From an uncultured virus (IMG/VR IMGVR_UViG_2061766007_002618) (lineage: Duplodnaviria > Heunggongvirae > Uroviricota > Caudoviricetes): 44,404 bases of DNA. Shown here piece by piece: positions 40,406 through 44,404 of this stretch; within the stretch, counting starts at the first letter, position 1; each line of letters opens with the position of its first letter. Under the pieces are notes generated by a model. That model did not search any database, was not told the DNA's origin, and worked only from the letters and a program-made list of their open reading frames with translations. Position numbers and translations under genes: made by a program. Location of the stretch: IMG/VR virus record IMGVR_UViG_2061766007_002618. One strand, written 5' to 3'.

Positions 40406-40881
40406 ATGTCCGAATGGGGAGACAGGTTTGCAATCGGCAAGAGGTATTACAGCCTCGTAATTATTGAGGCGCACATCCCTGCGGGTATTCCGCAGGGATA
40501 TCCTGAATACATCGTATCGGATTGCCGTTGCGATTGCGGACGCATTGTACGCATTCCCAATTATCGCCTTTTACTCGGAAAGGAGAAGTCTTGTCCCGAA
40601 TGTCGCAAACGGTGTCGGAGGCTTTACAAGACCTGGCATAACATGATCCGGCGTTGTCACACAATAAAGCCGACCACCTCCGAATCGTCGCGAAGGACTT
40701 ACCGCCTTTATCGCGGACGAGGCATTACCGTTTGCGACGAATGGCGCAACAGCTTTCCCGCGTTCCGTGATTGGGCTCTTTCTCACGGCTACGCCGACGA
40801 CCTGACAATCGACCGCATCGACGTTGACGGCAACTATTGCCCTGAGAATTGCCGCTGGGCGACGCGGCACGAGCAACAACT
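40406..40881 (+). CDS. HNH endonuclease (truncated by gap)
   Basis: CRCDCG, YRGRGITVCDEW, LTIDRIDVDGNYCPENCRWAT. Confidence 0.85.
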
Positions 40882-41306
40882 NNNNNNNNNNNNNNNNNNN
40901 NNNNNNNNNNNNNNNNNNNNNNNNNNNNNNNNNNNNNNNNNNNNNNNNNNNNNNNNNNNNNNNNNNNNNNNNNNNNNNNNNNNNNNNNNNNNNNNNNNNN
41001 NNNNNNNNNNNNNNNNNNNNNNNNNNNNNNNNNNNNNNNNNNNNNNNNNNNNNNNNNNNNNNNNNNNNNNNNNNNNNNNNNNNNNNNNNNNNNNNNNNNN
41101 NNNNNNNNNNNNNNNNNNNNNNNNNNNNNNNNNNNNNNNNNNNNNNNNNNNNNNNNNNNNNNNNNNNNNNNNNNNNNNNNNNNNNNNNNNNNNNNNNNNN
41201 NNNNNNNNNNNNNNNNNNNNNNNNNNNNNNNNNNNNNNNNNNNNNNNNNNNNNNNNNNNNNNNNNNNNACATGCGCAGAGGAGGCCGCGAAGTGAACGAG
41301 CAACAA

Positions 41307-42042
41307 CTAAACGCCGAATGGGCCGATGTCAAGGTCGGACTCGTTACGAGCTACATTCTCAGGCGGGATTTCACACGCTTCAAAAAAGTCATTGATGATT
41401 TTCGGCTCAACCATGACGGAGTATCCGCACGACGGGCAGCGCATCGTATGCGAATTCTCAAGATGTCCGCCAGGATGCATGACAGATTTTTCACCTTTCG
41501 CGCGGCACTGTGGGCATATCCAATGCGGTGGTTCCGTGCATCCGGGTATCTTGCGGAGCGCATATACAACGTATCCAGGGGCAACAGTCTTAAGTTCATA
41601 TCGCTCAAAGTCTCGATACGATTGTTCGAGTTGAGCCAATTCTGCTTTNNNNNNNNNNTCGGCACTGTGGGCATATCCAATGCGGTGGTTCCGTGCAGCC
41701 GGGTATCTTGCGGAGCGCATATACAACGTATCCAGGGGCAACAGCCTTAAGTTCGTATCGCTCAAAGTCTCGATACGATTGTTCGAGTTGAGCCAATTCT
41801 GCTTTAAGCGCTACAACCTTTTCTTCTGTTGCAGTCAAGGTGAGCTTGGTTTGCTCGTGTATTTTACGCTCGCGAAGTATTTCTTCACGGAGTACGCCGA
41901 GAACGAAAGTCAGGTCGTCGAAAACTCTGCCGTCTCTTCGTTTTTCGATGATGCCTTTGCAAAGATTTATGGCGTAGTCGATGATCTTGATCGCATCCTT
42001 AAGGGTGAGCAAGTATGTCATGAAGGGGCCGAAAGTGTCCAT
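41307..42042 (-). CDS. Antisense moron: coiled coil plus zinc ribbon (internal duplication across a gap)
   Basis: YELKxVAPGYVVY...EPPHWICPQC...CPSC; own extended -10 (TGTGGTAGAAT near 42050-42060). Confidence 0.7.
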
Positions 42043-42074
42043 ACAGACAATTCTACCACAAAGGAGGTCTTCTA

Positions 42075-42242
42075 ATGCTAATCGCCATCGTGATACTCGC
42101 CTTTGCTGCTTTCGTCCTCGGCTTTCTCGCCGGCTACGTCGTCGGCCAGGAGCGCACCGCGCGCCGCGCCGACCGCTACATCGAGAAGATGCACGACAAG
42201 CTGGGGCTTTTGCGCCTGCTCGTCGAAAAGGAGGCCAAGTAA
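42075..42242 (+). CDS. Small membrane protein
   Basis: RBS AAGGAGG; MLIAIVILAFAAFVLGFLAGYVVG. Confidence 0.65.
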   Translation: MLIAIVILAFAAFVLGFLAGYVVGQERTARRADRYIEKMHDKLGLLRLLVEKEAK

Positions 42243-42539
42243 ATGTCAGACAACGTGCAACTCAAGCGATGCCCCTTTTGCGGTTCCGAGGCGATTCTCG
42301 ACACCGACCTCGACGAGGCCTGGTGCTCGTGCCAGACGTGCTACGCCTCGGCGGACAGCAGCCGCGTCAGCTCGCGCGCCGTCGCCAACTGGAATCGCCG
42401 CGCCGTCTTTCGCAACTGCGACCGCTTCCAGGGCGAGAACGCGCTAGAAGAGGCGCTCGCCGCATATGCCGCCGAGGACGGTGGACGCACCATGACATTC
42501 GCCGAATGGCTCCTCGCGACCGTAAAGGAGGGCAAGTGA
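42243..42539 (+). CDS. Lar-family restriction alleviation protein (variant A)
   Basis: LKRCPFCGS...CxxC...AVANWNRR. Confidence 0.75.
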   Translation: MSDNVQLKRCPFCGSEAILDTDLDEAWCSCQTCYASADSSRVSSRAVANWNRRAVFRNCDRFQGENALEEALAAYAAEDGGRTMTFAEWLLATVKEGK

Positions 42540-43028
42540 TGGGCGTACTCCTCAAACGTGGCGACCTGATGCGCCTGATTCCCTTTTCCGCGCCGACGAC
42601 CTATCTTTACTTCCCGGCCACGAAATCCGGCCTCATTTCGTCCGACGCGATTCTCGCCACACTTCGCGACGCGGCCCGCAACGGCCAGCCCGTTGGCGAA
42701 TGGANNNNNNNNNNAGGCCCGTTTTTGATCGGGATGGTAGTTTCGAGCATCGTCATTAACGCCGAACGAGCCAAGAACCTCATGGCACGGCTTGACGGCC
42801 TTGCGGCCAGGATAGCCAGACTTGAGTCTGTAATGCTTTCAGACCGCGCCAATCAGGCAAGCGCAGAGGAGGCCGCGAAGTGAACGAGCAACAGCTAAAC
42901 GCCGAATGGGCCGATGTCAAGGTCGGGTTCGTTACGAGCTACATTCTCAGGCGGGATTTCACACGCTTCAAAAAAGTCNNNNNNNNNNGCTTTTGCGCCT
43001 GCTCGTCGAAAAGGAGGCAAAGTAAACC

Positions 43029-43220
43029 ATGAACGCACGACGCGCAACAGACAAGATGCTCGCTTTCGCCCGCGACATTGCCGAAACCCTCGACCTCGAC
43101 ATGCCGACAACAACGGACGCCGACGGCAACGAGGTTGCAGATGAATCATTCGACGCAATCCATGACTTCATAGAGGAAAACGCCGACGACTTCTATGAAT
43201 GGAAACGGAATTTTGCGTAA
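43029..43220 (+). CDS. Small acidic protein present only in variant B
   Basis: ATDKML.FA..IAETLDLDMP...FI; absent from the equivalent junction at 42240-42243. Confidence 0.7.
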   Translation: MNARRATDKMLAFARDIAETLDLDMPTTTDADGNEVADESFDAIHDFIEENADDFYEWKRNFA

Positions 43221-43230
43221 GGAGCAGCCA

Positions 43231-43527
43231 ATGTCAGACAAAGTACAACTTAAGCGATGCCCATTTTGCGGCTCCGAGGCGATACTCGACACCGACCTCG
43301 ACGAAGCCTGGTGCTCGTGCCAGACGTGCTACGCCTCGACGGACAGCAGCCACCTCGGCTCGCGCGCCGTCGCCAACTGGAATCGCCGCGCCATTTTTCG
43401 CAACTGCGACCGCTTCCAGGGCGAACGTGCGCTAGACGAGGCGCTCGCCGCATACGCCGCCGAAGGCGCAATCCGCCACTCATCATTCGCGGAATGGCTT
43501 CTTGCAGCCGTCACGGAGGCTAAGTAA
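43231..43527 (+). CDS. Lar-family restriction alleviation protein (variant B)
   Basis: Near-identical to 42243..42539. Confidence 0.75.
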   Translation: MSDKVQLKRCPFCGSEAILDTDLDEAWCSCQTCYASTDSSHLGSRAVANWNRRAIFRNCDRFQGERALDEALAAYAAEGAIRHSSFAEWLLAAVTEAK

Positions 43528-43881
43528 ATGGGCGTACTACTCAAACGTGGCGACCTCATGCGCCTGATTCCCTTTTCCGCGCCGACGACCTACGTCTATT
43601 TCCCCGCGACGAAATCCGGCCTCATCTCGTCGGATGCGATCCTCGCCACACTTCGCGACGCGGCCCGCAACGGCCAGCACGTCGGGGAATGGATTCCCAA
43701 ACTTTGCACCATCAAGCAGTTTGGCGAAGGCCTCCGCTACACCGCGAAGCGCCGTGCCGTCTCGGCAACGACCGTGCGGCGCATGATCCGGCGCGGGATG
43801 CCCCACTTCCGCCTCGGACAGAAAATCTTGCTCGACGACCTCACTTGCCGCGACTGGCTAGGGATTAAGGCCGCCGAATAA
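43528..43881 (+). CDS. Excisionase/HTH_17-like DNA-binding protein (partial copy at 42539-42703)
   Basis: VSATTVRRMIRRGMPHFRLGQKIL...WL. Confidence 0.65.
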   Translation: MGVLLKRGDLMRLIPFSAPTTYVYFPATKSGLISSDAILATLRDAARNGQHVGEWIPKLCTIKQFGEGLRYTAKRRAVSATTVRRMIRRGMPHFRLGQKILLDDLTCRDWLGIKAAE

Positions 43882-43910
43882 CACCAACCCCAAGAAGGAA
43901 AAACACAACC

Positions 43911-44404
43911 ATGAGTACCGCACTCGTACCAGCCGCGCAGGCGCAGACCGCCCTCGCGCCGCGAACCAATGGCGCCCTTTCGCTCACGTCGATTGACGAA
44001 CTGGAGCGCATGGGCAAGATTATAGCCGCCTCCAACCTCTTCGGGCTTGCCTCGAAGGGCGATTCCCCCGAAGCCGTCGCCGCGAAGGGCGTCGTCGTCG
44101 CCGGACTTTGCCAGCAGGAAGGCATCTCCTACATGGAATTCATGCGCAAGTACCACTTTGTCAATGGCAAGGTCGATATGCGCACGGACGCCATGCTCGC
44201 GGAGTTTCAGCACCTCGGCGGCACGTACACGATTCAGCAGAGCGACAGCGCCGGCAGCATCGCGACATTCAGTTTTCGCGGCACGACCTTCCAGGAGAAG
44301 GTGCTGTGGGACGAGCTTTGCAAGGAGCCGGAGCCACCTTTCTTCGAGCAGGTAGGCCCGAACAAGTGGGTAGTGACGAAAAACTACGCCTATCCGCGCA
44401 AGCG
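43911..44404 (+). CDS. RecT-like single-strand annealing protein, truncated at window end (missed by the ORF track)
   Basis: ATG at 43911 after AAGGA; MSTALV...ELERMGKIIAASNLF...EGISYM...HFVNGK.....AMLA...KNYAYPRK. Confidence 0.6.
   Translation, partial: MSTALVPAAQAQTALAPRTNGALSLTSIDELERMGKIIAASNLFGLASKGDSPEAVAAKGVVVAGLCQQEGISYMEFMRKYHFVNGKVDMRTDAMLAEFQHLGGTYTIQQSDSAGSIATFSFRGTTFQEKVLWDELCKEPEPPFFEQVGPNKWVVTKNYAYPRK

Noticed and set aside
40869..41307. ACGAGCAACAACT on both sides of the gap as a target-site duplication
   Set aside because: It encodes the normal HNH WATxxEQ motif on the left and abuts a gap; cannot be distinguished from chance or assembly overlap

Overview
About 44 kb of a tailed dsDNA phage or prophage with podovirus-like gene order, from a gapped assembly that appears to mix at least two closely related variants. 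Near-identical segments are repeated across 10-N gaps, and terL/portal pieces are scrambled in order and orientation. A minus-strand late operon (33700 to 1) encodes terS, terL, portal, scaffold, major capsid, a decoration-like protein, adaptors, tail/fibre proteins, a DUF2829/Tad2-like protein, a nozzle, ejection-type proteins and a giant polyvalent protein (HExxH peptidase motif plus a ddrB-ParB-like domain). A ~1.4 kb non-coding control region (33700-35142) separates it from a plus-strand early region: small ORFs, ArdA-like, hicBA, RHH regulators, HNH, Lar-like, HTH and RecT-like genes. Three features stand out. (1) The virion operon carries repeated Sec or lipoprotein export signals, including on the gene next to the capsid gene, and two of them are nested internally at GTG-Lys codons. 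(2) Two variants of the control region differ by a concerted switch of an iterated motif (TGACAA to GTGCAA) around an invariant core. (3) A near-consensus sigma-54 promoter with upstream palindromes sits in front of the early operon. All family assignments come from motif recognition and synteny; no database searches were run.
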